From assembly GCA_051362555.1 (NCBI GenBank), contig CM120640.1:59498788-59562787 (forward strand): a stretch of DNA of 64,000 nt. Reading direction: 5' to 3'. Every line of letters begins with the position of its first letter. Position 1 is the first letter of the stretch. The DNA is from Lingula anatina (taxonomy: Eukaryota; Animalia; Brachiopoda). The notes below the pieces were generated by a model, which ran no database searches, was not told the origin of the DNA, and was given only the letters and a program-made list of their open reading frames with translations. The position numbers and the translations under genes were made by a program. This document shows, piece after piece, positions 51,782 to 64,000 of this stretch.

Positions 51782-52974
51782 CAGTAAGAATTAAGAATGG
51801 GCGACTGTCTGGTAAGGCATTGTGTGGATTAACAAACGCCGCGACTATAAAAAATGACAAAATAAACCTTATGCGCGAGGCGGCATTCGTAGTCTGCCGT
51901 CCGTGTCACAAGTATGAGCAACTACTGCACGGTCGCAAGAAGCATTTTTCTATTAACAATGGTTATTTTTGTAAATACTTGCTTAGATCATATTTTCTTA
52001 TAATAATTCTATGCCGGATTTTGCGGCAAATCTCATTTTTATTATCGTCACTGTATACTACAGTTAGCCTAACGCTTTTAAACCCATAAAATTTCTTTTT
52101 AGAAGCTGCTGGGCAACTTTGCCTTGTTTTGCCTTCGTCACGCTGTCAACGACTTTATCCTGTGCGATTTTTCTTATCTAATGAAAGTGGCGTGCAGGAA
52201 GACAAATTTTGTTAAATATAAAATTTTGTTAAAAATAAAATTGTAAAATTGAACTGTTTTGTTTTTTAGCAAGAAGCAATTGAGGTCTTATTAGTGTAAT
52301 TTTCATCCCATCAAACTGTAGACTAGATCTAAAGCGAGCAAGAAAGATGTGATATCACCACACCTAACTGTGGCAGCAGTGTTCACTTCTGCCGCAGCAA
52401 CATACAACACGCCCTTAATTACTGCCTTAGTATTTGTAAGACTGAGACATCATGACTATAATTTCGTGTATTTCACAAAACATAACGGATGGCCTAAATA
52501 ACAATGTGACGAATTATTTCTAATTGCAGGTCCAATACAAAAGAAATTTCAAAAGAAATATACATCGTTAGCAAAAACAAATTATGGACATCAAAACGCA
52601 TGCTGTGGCATTGAAATTAATGATTGGGGCACTGCTATGAAAAGTAAAACTAAATTTGCTGTATCCACATCTTTTTAAATTCATTTTGTGCTCTTTTGAA
52701 ATAATGCATTAACCCAAAGTGATTTGAAGCCAAATGAAGAGAAGTAAAAAAAAAAACTTCCACAAGGACTACAAGATATGTATGTAAACGAAATGAAAAC
52801 ATTTACACGATACAAAAGTATCCTCCCCAGATAAGTGAGAACGTCTACATCCAGTCTATATTGTTATCTAGTGCTACCTTGCACTGTAAACTGCACTGAG
52901 GCGTAGTAGACTACGGTATAAACATGTATGGACCAGACTTTATACTGACTTTACTTTTTACCCAATTAACCCAT

Positions 52975-53066
52975 TACAGTGACGTCATATTTGCTCCGTA
53001 ACACTCGTCCAGCGGCCATTCTGGAGGGAAAGAACGACGGGGAATAGTAGCGTAAATATAGGTGAA
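52975..53066 (+). promoter_or_regulatory. Candidate promoter and non-coding first exon of the UBASH3 gene
   Basis: Perfect CRE TGACGTCA (52980-52987), YY1-like GCGGCCATT, local CpG cluster, possible donor AG/GTGAAC; CpG-poor sequence begins shortly downstream. Confidence 0.45.
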
Positions 53067-55028
53067 CCAAATAAAATGAAATAATCTTCATATCGTGATC
53101 AAGTACACCAAAAGGAAAATAGTATATACATGTGAGAACTTCAGCTGATCAGCGTGATCGACCCATATTAACTCAAGACAGTCCAAAGACGTGAAATCCT
53201 GACCTACCCCTGTATCCCAACATCGTGGAATGTTGTCAGAAGCTAGTTCAGTTATCTTGTACTTCATTTTTCTTGTTCATTGGGTAATAAAAGTTATAGT
53301 TTTAGAGTTTACTGTGTAATCATAAGTTCAACCTTTCATAGAAGCACCTTTGTACATAAAGGATAGATATAAGGAGAAATTTGAGCTGACTATCGGGATC
53401 AACCCTTACGGACTCAAAGAAGACAGTATGCAGGGTTGTGACAAGAAATATTGCTGTCAGATATGATTTAACTGTACATCATGAAGCTGTCAGAAATTAT
53501 TTCAGCATTCTTGTGCTTCATTTTGGTTCATTAGGAAGTATTTGTAACATGACTGTTGTTTGAGAGTTCAATATTTTACCATGAATTCAACCACTCACAG
53601 TAGCAACATTGTTAGCATTTTATTATTAGTCCAGACCTTCACAGAAGCAATGTATTTTTCAAACTTATGACATTCAATGTAACATAACAACAAGTCAGTT
53701 CATGAATTGATCTTTATTTGATTGAAAATGTAGGAAAATGCACATTTTGTATGGATAAAAGTAAACATAAAATGCAAAACACTGTTGCACAATTCAATGA
53801 CAGATTATCAGGGTCCCTTTCCTTTTGGTTGATAACACTGACATGAAAAATATTTCCATACTTTTAATGATGCAATGACACATATACATGAGCATATCAA
53901 GTCGAATCAAGCCACCATAATTTGAGAAACCTGTTTAGTATATTTTTAATCTATGTCTAGAGAAATGCTTGATTGAAGACTCACAATTGATATGTGCTGT
54001 GTGGGTATGTACATATAAGGCCTTAGATGGTGTTACTAAGCAGTTTGTAATTTTATTTAGGAGAATTCCTCAACTGGTGGTCACAATTTAAAAATGCACA
54101 ACCTACATGTACAACAGCCATCTGTTTCTGCATATCAGACCATCTGTGGGAGGTGCACCATACAAAATTTTATATTTCTTGCAAACTTTTCCATTTAGCC
54201 TTTAAAAATATGAGAAAGAAAAAAGTGTTTTCATTTCTTCTTGTGCTTCTGCTCACAATTCTAAATAAATAGAAAACCTGTCCTTGTTGTATGCAAGCTA
54301 TCAGGATAACAACTTTAAAACAACAAATGAACAATTAAATAAATAAACAAATCCAATTAAATAACTCCTGTCATGCACTGAATTTCACTCTCCTGATGTT
54401 CAGATCCTGTCTCCTCAGCTGGTCACAAAGATATAAGAATATTTTTCGCTGCTTCTACCTTGTGTGCCATCTAGCTGCCTTTTGTACCTGTCACCTTTTT
54501 TTTTTTTTTTTTTTTTTTTTGATAACCAAGATTTATTTGCACCCAATCATTCAGTGTGGCTTGGTGGGAAAATGTCAGATCAATTTCCTAAATGTAAATT
54601 AACAAAAAAAGGTAACAATAGTTATTTTTATTCATATTGTAACTTGCATCATAATACAGTACAGGTAGGAAAACACAGAATTCAACATTTTTCAAATTCA
54701 TTTCATTAAGTTCATTCAGTTAAATGGTACCTGAGCTAGAATATATGCTTACAAACCAGATTTACTCTTAACACTACACTAATCTAAAATCAAGCCACTA
54801 ACTTCCAAAAACACATGACACAGGTAATTGATTTAATTGGCCCAGCTGAGCTGTGTAGTAGTAGTAGTTTATTATAATCACTGTATGCGTATGATTACAT
54901 AATAAATATCTAGCGAGCAGAACATTACATACAGGGATAAATGATCAATAAAGGCATAACAAGTATAATATGTAGCGCAATACACTACCATGACAAAAAC
55001 TTATAGTTCGGTACACCGTTTTTAAAAG

Positions 55029-57727
55029 CTACGTTTCTGATATTTTCAAGACCTTGTATACATATGAAACGACTAAGTGCAAATTGTTCTTTGAAAATAG
55101 ATCCCCTAAGGACGTATATACCAGTTCAGGGTAGGCTGAACGCATCGCTGATGTGAGCTCGCATTTGCTTATAACATGTAGCTCTGTTTGCATTTCACCA
55201 CACTTGCAGACACGTTCGTTCCTCTCTTTACGACACCAACGACCCGTTTCGATTGCCAATCTATGAGAACTTAGCCTAAACCTAGTAGTAGCTATACGTA
55301 GATATTCCGGGATATCGAAGCGGTTTGCGTACATATCCCACACTTCCAGATTGGGGTTCATTTCTAAATAAGTCGTTGCTTTTGTTTGATTCGAATTTTT
55401 AAGTTGATCTTTTAGGTTTTCAATGTCCAAGTAAATATGATCGGATGTTGCTAACACTTTCTGATAGTACGTTGACGCTTTTGTCTTACACCCCATTCTC
55501 ATAGATTAGATCGACCTACATTGGATCGACCTAACTCCCTGGGGGTTCACGCTAAATAGCTGTCAGCCGGGCGGACACGAAAGTTAATTACCCCTTAAAG
55601 CTTGTAGTAGGCGGGGACGGACACTTAAGGGGGATTATCTGACAGTAATCTAGTGAGACTCCCCGCGGTGATAGATCGATCTAAAAGTTGTGAGAACAGA
55701 GCCTTAGCATCTGCACAAGTTTTCCACATGAATATGAAAGGGTCGTCCTCCATGTCTTTGCGTTCTTGCAACAATTTCTCCAGAAAATTACGTTGAGCGT
55801 CCATTACGCGTGCCTTTAGTGTGGGCAAGCCCAATTCGAGGAGACAGGTGTCGTTTCTCGTTGATGCCCGTACACCTAATAACGCTTTTACACTGTTTAT
55901 GTACATGGGGTTTGCCGTATCTATACTGTTTCCTATCCATGACTCGCATGCGTAAAGAATGGATGCAAACAATGCGGCGTCGAGCACTTTCCTCTTTATG
56001 CTGAAGGGGAAATCAACGTTCTTTGTAACAAATGCTGTATATTTCATAACATGACACTGCTTCATGTCCATTTGTTCCCTTACTGCTGTATCACTTTTTC
56101 CATCTTGAGTGAACATTGCTCCGAGATAACAATACTTGTCACAGGTCTTAATTGTTAGACCTTCCACCTCGAGGTCCTCCTTATCTTCAACGGTACCGTT
56201 TATAACCATTATATTGGTTTTGCTCTGATTCATCTCCATCCCTGACTGGGCACAGAATTGTTTTAGTATTTTTACTTTTTCTATGCATGCTTTTCGGGAC
56301 GTTGCTAAGATAACAGTGTCATCCATTAACAATAAACAGTGCAACCACATAAGAAAACCGTCATCTTGGCACTTTCTTAACTCCCTCACTAGGTCATTGA
56401 TATACAGAGTGAATAAAAAGCAGCTCGTTGGAGATCCTTGCCGCACACCTAACGAAGCTGATATATTGGCTGCACCTAGAGCCATGCTAGTGTTACTATA
56501 GATTGCGGCTAATATTTTTACCATAGAGTATCCACAACCGTAGCGGATCAAATTGCGGATGAGCGCCCCACGTGGGACTTTGTCGTATGCTTTAACAAAA
56601 TCCACATAAACTATATACAGTTTTTCTTTTTTGGACATAGCATAATCAATAGCCAAGCGTAGAGTTACTATATGCTCTAGGCACCCTCTTCCCTTCTGAG
56701 AGCCCGCCTGCTCTCTTTCGGGTTTAAACCATCTTTCTAAACGTTTGCATAGTATAACATCAAACAGTTTAGAAAATGTGTCCATAACTGCAATGCCCCT
56801 GTAATTTCCAGTGTCCGTTCTAGGTCCTTTCTTATATAGTATAACTAAGCGGGACAACGCCCATTTCGCTGGGATCAATGTGGTGCTCAAAATCATAGAA
56901 AATGTAAGTACTAGAAAAGTTATCCACCGCTGTGGCAAGGTCTTAAGTATTCCGGGGGGGATGCCGGAGGGTCCTCCACTTTTATTCGGTTGAACTGCTT
57001 TAATGGCGTCCCGTACCTCATTCTCAGTAATTTGGTCATCAGTCATTGGTATATAAGGGCATTCCCCAGGGAGCGGCGTGAAAACGGGGTCAGCGTCGTT
57101 AGGTGAAAGCAGCTTTTCAAAATGCTCCTTGAAATCCTCGTCCGTCGGTCGCTTTTTTGCTGCGTCGTTTAATTCTAGCGTCCCACTCCAACCGATCGCC
57201 TGCCATATCTTGCAATGATCATTCATGCTGTGAAGCGCTTCCCAGCGGTTTGTTATTGGTCGTTGTTGCTCAATTTGGTTTGATTGGTGAATCTTTGCAC
57301 GATCTAGACTTGATCTCATAATGCGGTCAGTTTCGTAGAAAACCTGGTCCAAGTTATCATATGGTAGATTCGGCGGTTCGGCGTTTCCCAGAATCTCCTT
57401 AAATAAGGTAGAATCAATATCAGTCCATTTAACTTGCCGATTACTACATGATGATGGGTGTGTGTCCCTTGTCGGTGTATGATCATCTAGCTGTGATACG
57501 CGGTACAGTAGAGAGTTCAGGATGTCTGCGGTTGATGAGAGCTATTCCTTAAAAAAAGTAATGCCTACTGGGGCGTGGTTCGATGGTAAATCCACGCTGT
57601 CATGAATTATCATGTTAGATGTTGCGGCTACGAGGCTCGGGGAGACAAAGCAATGGTCCAATTCTGAGACCCATCGATCCCTTTGTCTAAATGTACATTG
57701 TACTGTAGCCTTGACACTAATTGACAA
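55029..57727 (-). pseudogene. LINE ORF2 (truncated endonuclease, reverse transcriptase, C-terminal Cys/His domain), disrupted
   Basis: Three ORF pieces; break after the EN tail and an insertion at 55489-55703. Confidence 0.9.
55489..55703. mobile_element. 215-bp MITE nested in LINE ORF2 (TTA TSD, Harbinger-like)
   Basis: TTA on both sides (55486-88, 55704-06); imperfect ~30-bp TIRs (..TTCTCA...TTAGATCGA.CTA); removing 218 bp restores the frame as CADAK-TKASTYY. Confidence 0.78.
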
Positions 57728-58580
57728 TAATGCTAACCAGGTATTAAAGAGGTAGATGACAGCAGATAAAATCCAAAGAGCACCATAACTGATAACAAAT
57801 TACACCCAAGGCAATAAGTGAGTCTTCATAATGAAAGTCGAAACCCTGCCTGAGTATTTCCACACGTTTTTACAACACACTCTCCACCAAGACTTTTTGG
57901 GCACTACTAATATGCAGTGTACGTGCGCTCATATCTTATACACCTCGGTCATTGGTTTTCTACTTTTTTCTTTTATGGTAAAGGCTGCACAGCTGGGTCT
58001 TCATTCTTTGCTGTAAAATAAATTAGTTTTATCCTTTACTTGTCCGATGAGTCTTGATTCAAAGCCACTCCTCAGTCTCTCCTCCGTTTACGGTTTTCGT
58101 CCCTACACCTTGGATTGTTACCACTGCAGGCAGTCTGTGAACGCTTGTTAAGTTATTTATCTTCTCTCTATCATATACCCTGCAGTAATTCATCATTTTA
58201 CTCGGTTTAATATCAAAGAAAACACAGAAATTAAATGCTAAATTGTACATGTAGACATGATCATGTGCAGCAGACGATTCCGGTCTCCCTCCAGTATGGC
58301 TGCCGTTTGTTTTGATGACGAGGGCTACAATGGGTTACTAGATGGTGGTTTTTATTAAACGTCCAATAAGACATCAGTTAGAAAGTGGTATAATGATATT
58401 ATTATGATATCAGCATATTAGTGTAAAGATTGCAACCTAGAAGAGAATTTAGGTGCTTTTAAGCAGTTGAAAAATCTTCCTGGCCTGAGAAGGCACCTAC
58501 CCCTTCCCCAGAAATGACATGAGATCGCCATGTTGAAGCCTGATATGACATGCCTCCATGTCATAGAAAACCTCACGACC

Positions 58581-58708
58581 ATGGCTGGTCCAGCGCCCGA
58601 TTCTCATCATGAGCTTTATAAAAATGCTCGCAGGGCCAGCTTGTCTTCACCTAAAGGAACATCAAGCCTTGATATACTGCTGCAGATGGGATTCTCTAGA
58701 CTGCGGGC
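58581..58708 (+). CDS. UBASH3B: UBASH3 first coding exon
   Basis: ACCATGG Kozak context; MAGPAPDSHHELYKNARRASLSSPKGTSSLDILLQMGFSRLR(A); in-frame ATGs at 58530/58545 are alternatives. Confidence 0.85.
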
Positions 58709-60551
58709 GTACGTGTTCAGATTTATTTATTGCAGTATGCCAATGGCTTTGCTGTGTAAATACGGCTTACTGTGGTGTTTGGGAGCCACCCACTCGACCC
58801 AGAAATGCTAGTAGTAGTAGTGCTTTGTTTTGTACTAGTACTAAACGTCAGTTGTTAAACCCATCTCTATAAGTTGTTTTTATTGTTTTATGAGTGAATA
58901 TGCGACGAGACAGAAAATCTCGTTTAGAGAGAAACTGCTTACTGCACAATGTAGCGCAGACGTTAAAAGTTACAATGGGTTTGAATTCCCAAGACGGAAG
59001 TACGTTGAGTGTATTGATAATTTTGTCTCTTTTACACACAAATTGATACACAGTACACTTAAAATAATATGTGAACCAAGCACCTACATATCTTGGCTTT
59101 CTTTGTTCCAAATACGTGCATGAATTATAGCACAGGTGCTGAGCTTTATTTTGTCCTGATTTTAGTGTGCATCATAACTTACTGGTAATTCCTTTTCTCA
59201 GCCCGAACCATTTTCAAAAAGGAGTAATGTGCTCTGTACAATCTCTGGCACATAAAGAATATCCTGGGGTATTTAAGCCGATTTACAGTTCTCTGTTTGC
59301 ATTTTTGGCATTCTAGATCACAAACCTAAAGCTTGAGATCACAAGTGGCTATTTTGTCATATAGCCTGAATATGCATAAATACTAGTACTAGTAGTTAAG
59401 GGAATGCATTTGGTCCAGAGACTTTAGCAATATAAGGAAGCACAGCTTGATACAATGTACCAGTATCTTATAAAGCAAAGGCAGTGGAACTTGACATCCT
59501 ACCCTTGGCTTAATGGGGAACAAGAGGGGGTGGGAGATGATAAATTAAAGTATTTCAGCAAATTTTCCCAAAAAAACAGACATGTAAGTTAAATGTTTAA
59601 AGCCTTGTCTTAACATAAAGCATTTTCTTGTTGCCGTTGTGATACAATGTTATATTGATGTCAACATTAATTGTGCCCTTATAATGAGGATTTCTGCTGG
59701 TTACTGACAACATCCCCCCTATAAGTTCCAAACTGTATTTTTGTTTTCTTGGGAGCTTTATTTGATAAAAAGGCTACTTGATTTGGAAAATCAGCAAGAT
59801 CAGTTTATTTTAACTAAACTTAAAGTTATGGCCATAATCGTGTTTTCTGTGTTTATTTGCTAATATTTCTTGTGATGTTTAACCTCCCCTCCCCAAAGTA
59901 TCAGTGTTTTAGTTGAAATTTGCTAGTAGGATTTGCTTCGTGAAACAGTAGGTCGAGTTTGAAAATCATCATGGTTAAAATAACTTGCTGTGAAATATCT
60001 GTCTAGTTTAATGTGGTTTTAATCATTGAGAAACTATGAAAATAAAAAGTTAGGGAGATCAACATGAGCTGTAACATCAGTCTTCATGTAGGGTTGGTTT
60101 AAAGGCAACATATATATTGTATGCAAGGTACACACTTTGTGTTAAGGGTTTAATTACTTTTGACTATTTCTTTAGTCTTCATTGCAAGTTATAAGAATTA
60201 AACACAGCTTTATATACATGTATTCACAAAGTGTCAATATTAACAGTGAGTGTGTTTCCTGTACATGTATAGGTGACACATCGACCTACATATACATATA
60301 GCTTCTGTGCACAGTGTCCTTCACCTGCAGTGCCGTCTGTATTGAGTGAGATTGAACATTTTACTGGTACATCCTGTTCAGGAGCTCGGGCTTCCTAATG
60401 ATTATTACCTACTGAAGTATAGTTGATAGTGGAAGTGAGAAAGATATTTGTATAAAAGCTTTGTAAAAGTCGCAGTATGATTCCATACAATTTAACATGA
60501 TTCATAACCTTTTTGCATGTCTATTTTTAAATCATTAGTTTTTCATTTCAG

Positions 60552-60605
60552 AGAAAAAGCCATTGTTGCAACTGGGGATAGAGGTGGTAATTTAGCTGCA
60601 GACTG
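60552..60605 (+). CDS. UBASH3B: UBASH3 coding exon 2
   Basis: EKAIVATGDRGGNLAAD(W). Confidence 0.92.
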
Positions 60606-61152
60606 GTAAGCTAATATTCAACACCTATTTTTTTATTACTCTTTTCTTTAACTATTTTTTAATCCTTATAATTTGAGAATTATTGTTTACATGCAGGAGA
60701 TATGTTCCAGTGGAGACCAAATGTGATATTTTGTGTAGAACATACATATTCATTCTATGGAAAACAGAGTATAAATTTATTGCTTGGTTTCTTTAAAAAA
60801 TTAGAAATTCTGTTTTTTTAGTATTTATTTTTTAAATATAAAACCCCATGTATTAGTATGTAGTAATCAGAGAGTCATCATGTTGATAATTTTAAAATAT
60901 GATAACAGTTGATACCTGAGGCAGCATCTGTATATCAGTCACTTAGAAAGATTACAACCATCTCATTTTACCAGCTTTCCTGGTATCCTCTAACCAGACT
61001 CTTCTGCCATTAGTAATCAGCATTATGCCTACTTGGTATGATTTTGGTATTTTGTGATCGTGCCATACTGTCACGTTGGATAGAGTCAGCACATGGAGAA
61101 AGAAATCACTTCATTGTAAAATACCTGTGACCAAGTTAATGGCTTCTTCCAG

Positions 61153-61339
61153 GTTGCTATCTCACATAAATGACCCCAATCTGGATTTTGATATGCCCAG
61201 GGAGTTTGTGTTGTACTTGTGTCCAACAGGTGACCTGGCCACAGATCTTGACCATTACTGGAAAAACACATTAGCACAGTGTGGATGGAATGGGGCACAC
61301 AACTTTTTACCACACATTACACTCTGTCCATTCTTCAAG
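61153..61339 (+). CDS. UBASH3B: UBASH3 coding exon 3
   Basis: LLSHINDPNLDFDMPREFVLYLCPTG...AHNFLPHITLCPFFK. Confidence 0.96.
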
Positions 61340-62701
61340 GTGAGTGTGTTTAAAGAATTGCTCTTATTAGCATGTCAGATATAATGAAAAAAATAGAAAA
61401 ATATAAATTGAAAAGGGACTGTATACATGCAGAATTGTATCCTGAAGATAGTTATGATTTTTCTTGGAATCCTCATATTTTCTAACTTGTCAATACAATT
61501 TGCTCAGTCCTAATCAAAGATGTACATGTAATAATTATGGCAGCATTTTGGAAATAAAAAAATATTTTCTACAATTTTTATTGTTGGGGTGGCTTTCACA
61601 ATAATTCCACCATCATGGGCCTCTTTGTTATGTACCAGTTGGGGATAAAATTGAACTTTTATTGGTGAAAACTAAATTATGCATTACATAAAATGCTTCC
61701 CATTCTGGAGTCAAACTAAAGAAAAAGAGACCCCTTAATAAATTTGAGACATTGTTTTATTTCCCATTTTTCTAACAACTGCAGATAATAACTCTAATTT
61801 ATTATATATCCAGTATGTATAATTACACTGAAACTAATATTGCTGTGTCCTTCCAGTTTGTAAGCTTGTTTTATTGCCAAAAAGCACATCACTGTCTCCA
61901 GGCTGCTTGGGAAAAATTGAAGAACTATTCCATTTGGTCTTTGTTCTGTTTCTACTTTTAAAATATATTAGGTTCAGTACAGAATTTTTTTCTCATCTCA
62001 GACAACTATGTCCATATTTTTTTATATCTGTTGTTCTTTGCCACTGTTTTCTCTAGGTACCTGTGTATACTGTTACAGTGTGAAGATATTATAATTAGTA
62101 GTAGTGTTATTCGGAACATCTGAGAATAGGGCATTTATGTTCCATATGGGTTCTTTTTATATCAGGTTTACATGGATGACACAAGCAGAGACTTGTAAAA
62201 AATACATCATTGTTAAATTATGTAAAATGTTTCTAAAATTAATTAGTTCTTGGAAGATTTTTGTGTGGTTTAGTGTTAAAGATCATCTGGTCTTCAGATC
62301 AGCAGTAGTGTCATTTCTTTCAAAAACCACTTGATGAACTTATGATATGGTCAATCAAGTCTTGAAATTTCTTTGGTCAATATCTTAGGACCCATACAGA
62401 ATGAGTAAGGTCGCAATAGGGAGTGTGCACTAAATCCATTGGCGACTCTTGCTGCATGCCATCCGATTTTAATGTTAAAACAGAGGAGCAGGCCTCCTCC
62501 TGGCTTGGAGTAGAATCCAGAGAAACAGGTGATTATAGGAGTATGTTGGAAGTGTGTTAGTCTGTTAATCTGATTGCATTCAGCGAGAGTCCTCATGGGG
62601 TTAGTGCACTTTAGATAATGAGACCTAACTCATTCAGAATGGCCCCTTAGGCCCCTTGGCCCCACAGAGATCCGTCATTGTGCTTCTTATTTTTTCCACA
62701 G

Positions 62702-62888
62702 GCAAAAGATTCTCAAGTGCCTCACATCCTGTGTGCAGTAGAAAAACAAAGGGAGAAAAGGTATCCAACACGGGTTGATCTCAATCACTTCACTGCTCCA
62801 AACTTCATAGGGTTGTTTGTGGGGGAGAAGTGTGCAGCAGTTCTCAGGAATCTCGTGGCAGAATTTGCAGAAGATGTTCACAAATCAG
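62702..62888 (+). CDS. UBASH3B: UBASH3 coding exon 4
   Basis: AKDSQVPHIL...NFIGLFV...FAEDVHKS(G). Confidence 0.95.
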
Positions 62889-63224
62889 GTGAGAAATTTT
62901 GCATAAGGTATGACAAAGATGACTTGATCATGGTATTTTATATGTAAAAGTTGTAGGCTCACATTTCATGGTCTAACAGCACACATAACCAGCCTACTGA
63001 GATTTTGTCCCATGGTAAGGATATCCAACTTGATTACAGTCGCATCTTAATAGTTACCGGTAGAATATCATGTTCAGTTGTTTTAAGTTTGAATTAAAAG
63101 TTGACGTAAACCATGATCAAAAAGAAGTGTGTATTGCAGTTTATCCTTACCTGTGCCAAAAGAAATTACTCCAAGATGGACAGTAAAATTATTGCAATTT
63201 TGAACTTAAACTCAACATTAATAG

Positions 63225-63394
63225 GTGTTCAGATGGAGGCCCACCAAAAACAGCTTCACGTCACCCTTGCTTACCAGTATTCCCCTGAACAACATGCACT
63301 CCTGGAGAAACTGTCCAAGAGCATCAAACTGGACACGCCCACTCGCTGGGACCTCCGACTTTATTCCAGGGATGCTAGAGCTCATGGGACAGAG
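63225..63394 (+). CDS. UBASH3B: UBASH3 coding exon 5
   Basis: VQMEAHQKQLHVTLAYQY...LYSRDARAHGTE. Confidence 0.95.
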
Positions 63395-63884
63395 GTGATA
63401 CTCTTATTTGTGTGACCACTTACTGAACTTGATTATTATTATTATTTTTTTTATTTTGCTTATCTTAATAATATATATTCATTTGCTGTACAGTTAAGAT
63501 ACTTGAGCAAGGTTTTTATCTATGAAACCTGCACATTTAACTTAAAACCTGAAATGTGTGTAAACTGTGCATATATGTTTTGAGTTACCACATATAGTGC
63601 ATGTATAAAATAATTTAATGTGTACAAAAATATCGAAATTACTGAACACTGGGCAAATAGATTAAAGTTTTAAAGTGATATTCTAAATTATTCTTAAGTG
63701 ACAGACAGTTATGCTACATGTAAAATTATATTTGTAAGAGTAAAATCTGCTATATCATAGATTGCACAAGCATTTGTCATTTTCACTTTACAGTTGTGGT
63801 TCCCCTTCCAATTGTGATTGGTAAAGACTCACTGAATACCAGATATTTTCTTTTTTCAACAATTAACCTGCATGTTCTTCACAG

Positions 63885-64000
63885 GTACGCCGTGTACTAT
63901 ATGCCTACCAAGCACGACAAGATGATGAGCTGGATCTGATTCTTGGTGACTTCATCTACATGAGTCCACTAGATACAGGAGATCCTGAGTGGAGACAGGG
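63885..64000 (+). CDS. UBASH3B: UBASH3 coding exon 6 (SH3, partial)
   Basis: VRRVLYAYQARQDDELDLILGDFIYMSPLDTGDPEWRQG. Confidence 0.94.

Larger units (their letters stand above)
54855..58320 (-). mobile_element. Non-LTR retrotransposon (LINE), internally deleted, probably RTE group (RTEX/Proto2-like)
   Basis: RT ORF 57352-55625 (NYRGI, EQAG, VDFVKAYD, GVRQG, LMDD), C-terminal RLSSHRLAIETGRW...C.C...H...C ORF 55502-55029, APE endonuclease tail (SELDH...SNHAP) 57727-57542, AATAAA then (CTA)n tail at 54873-54855; 5' boundary approximate. Confidence 0.93.
58581..64000 (+). other. UBASH3B: Gene span (5' part, truncated by window edge): UBA and SH3 domain-containing protein (UBASH3/Sts-1/TULA-like)
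   Basis: join(58581-58708,60552-60605,61153-61339,62702-62888,63225-63394,63885-64000) phase-compatible; UBA (LLQMGFSRLRAEKAIVATG..AADWLLSH), two HxT 2H motifs (PHITL, LHVTL), SH3 start (LYAY...DDELDL..GDFI). Confidence 0.95.

Noticed and set aside
55810-56993. Plus-strand ORFs overlapping the LINE
   Set aside because: Antisense shadows of the RT ORF.
1-64000. CRISPR arrays, rRNA, tRNA or prokaryotic operons
   Set aside because: None seen; the window is spliced eukaryotic DNA.

Overview
AT-rich, intron-rich animal genomic DNA (invertebrate, lophotrochozoan-like by inference); almost all ORF-track entries are noise. Manual splice-phase reconstruction gives five spliced genes: (1) the 5' four coding exons of a Cys-loop anion-channel-type receptor subunit (GlyR/GluCl/GABA-like, minus strand, runs off the left edge); (2) a complete 12-exon, 582-aa vesicular glutamate transporter (VGLUT/SLC17A6-8/eat-4, plus strand, 24.3-kb first intron), head-to-head with gene 1; (3,4) a tandem pair of paralogous 4-exon genes on the minus strand, not recovered as genes by the ORF track, encoding 119- and 123-aa secreted prepropeptides (signal peptide, acidic pro region, KK site, six-Cys mature domain) that I cannot assign to a known family - the main candidate novelty; (5) the 5' six coding exons of a UBASH3/Sts-type gene (UBA, 2H phosphoesterase, SH3; runs off the right edge). 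Mobile DNA includes an antisense LINE with an LMDD RT motif interrupted by a TTA-flanked MITE, a decayed Tc1 element, a Helentron-type HINE, a Harbinger-like MITE cluster, an RTE fragment, several small MITEs and three 24-32-bp palindromes each flanked by a 7-bp direct repeat. All coordinates were counted by hand.
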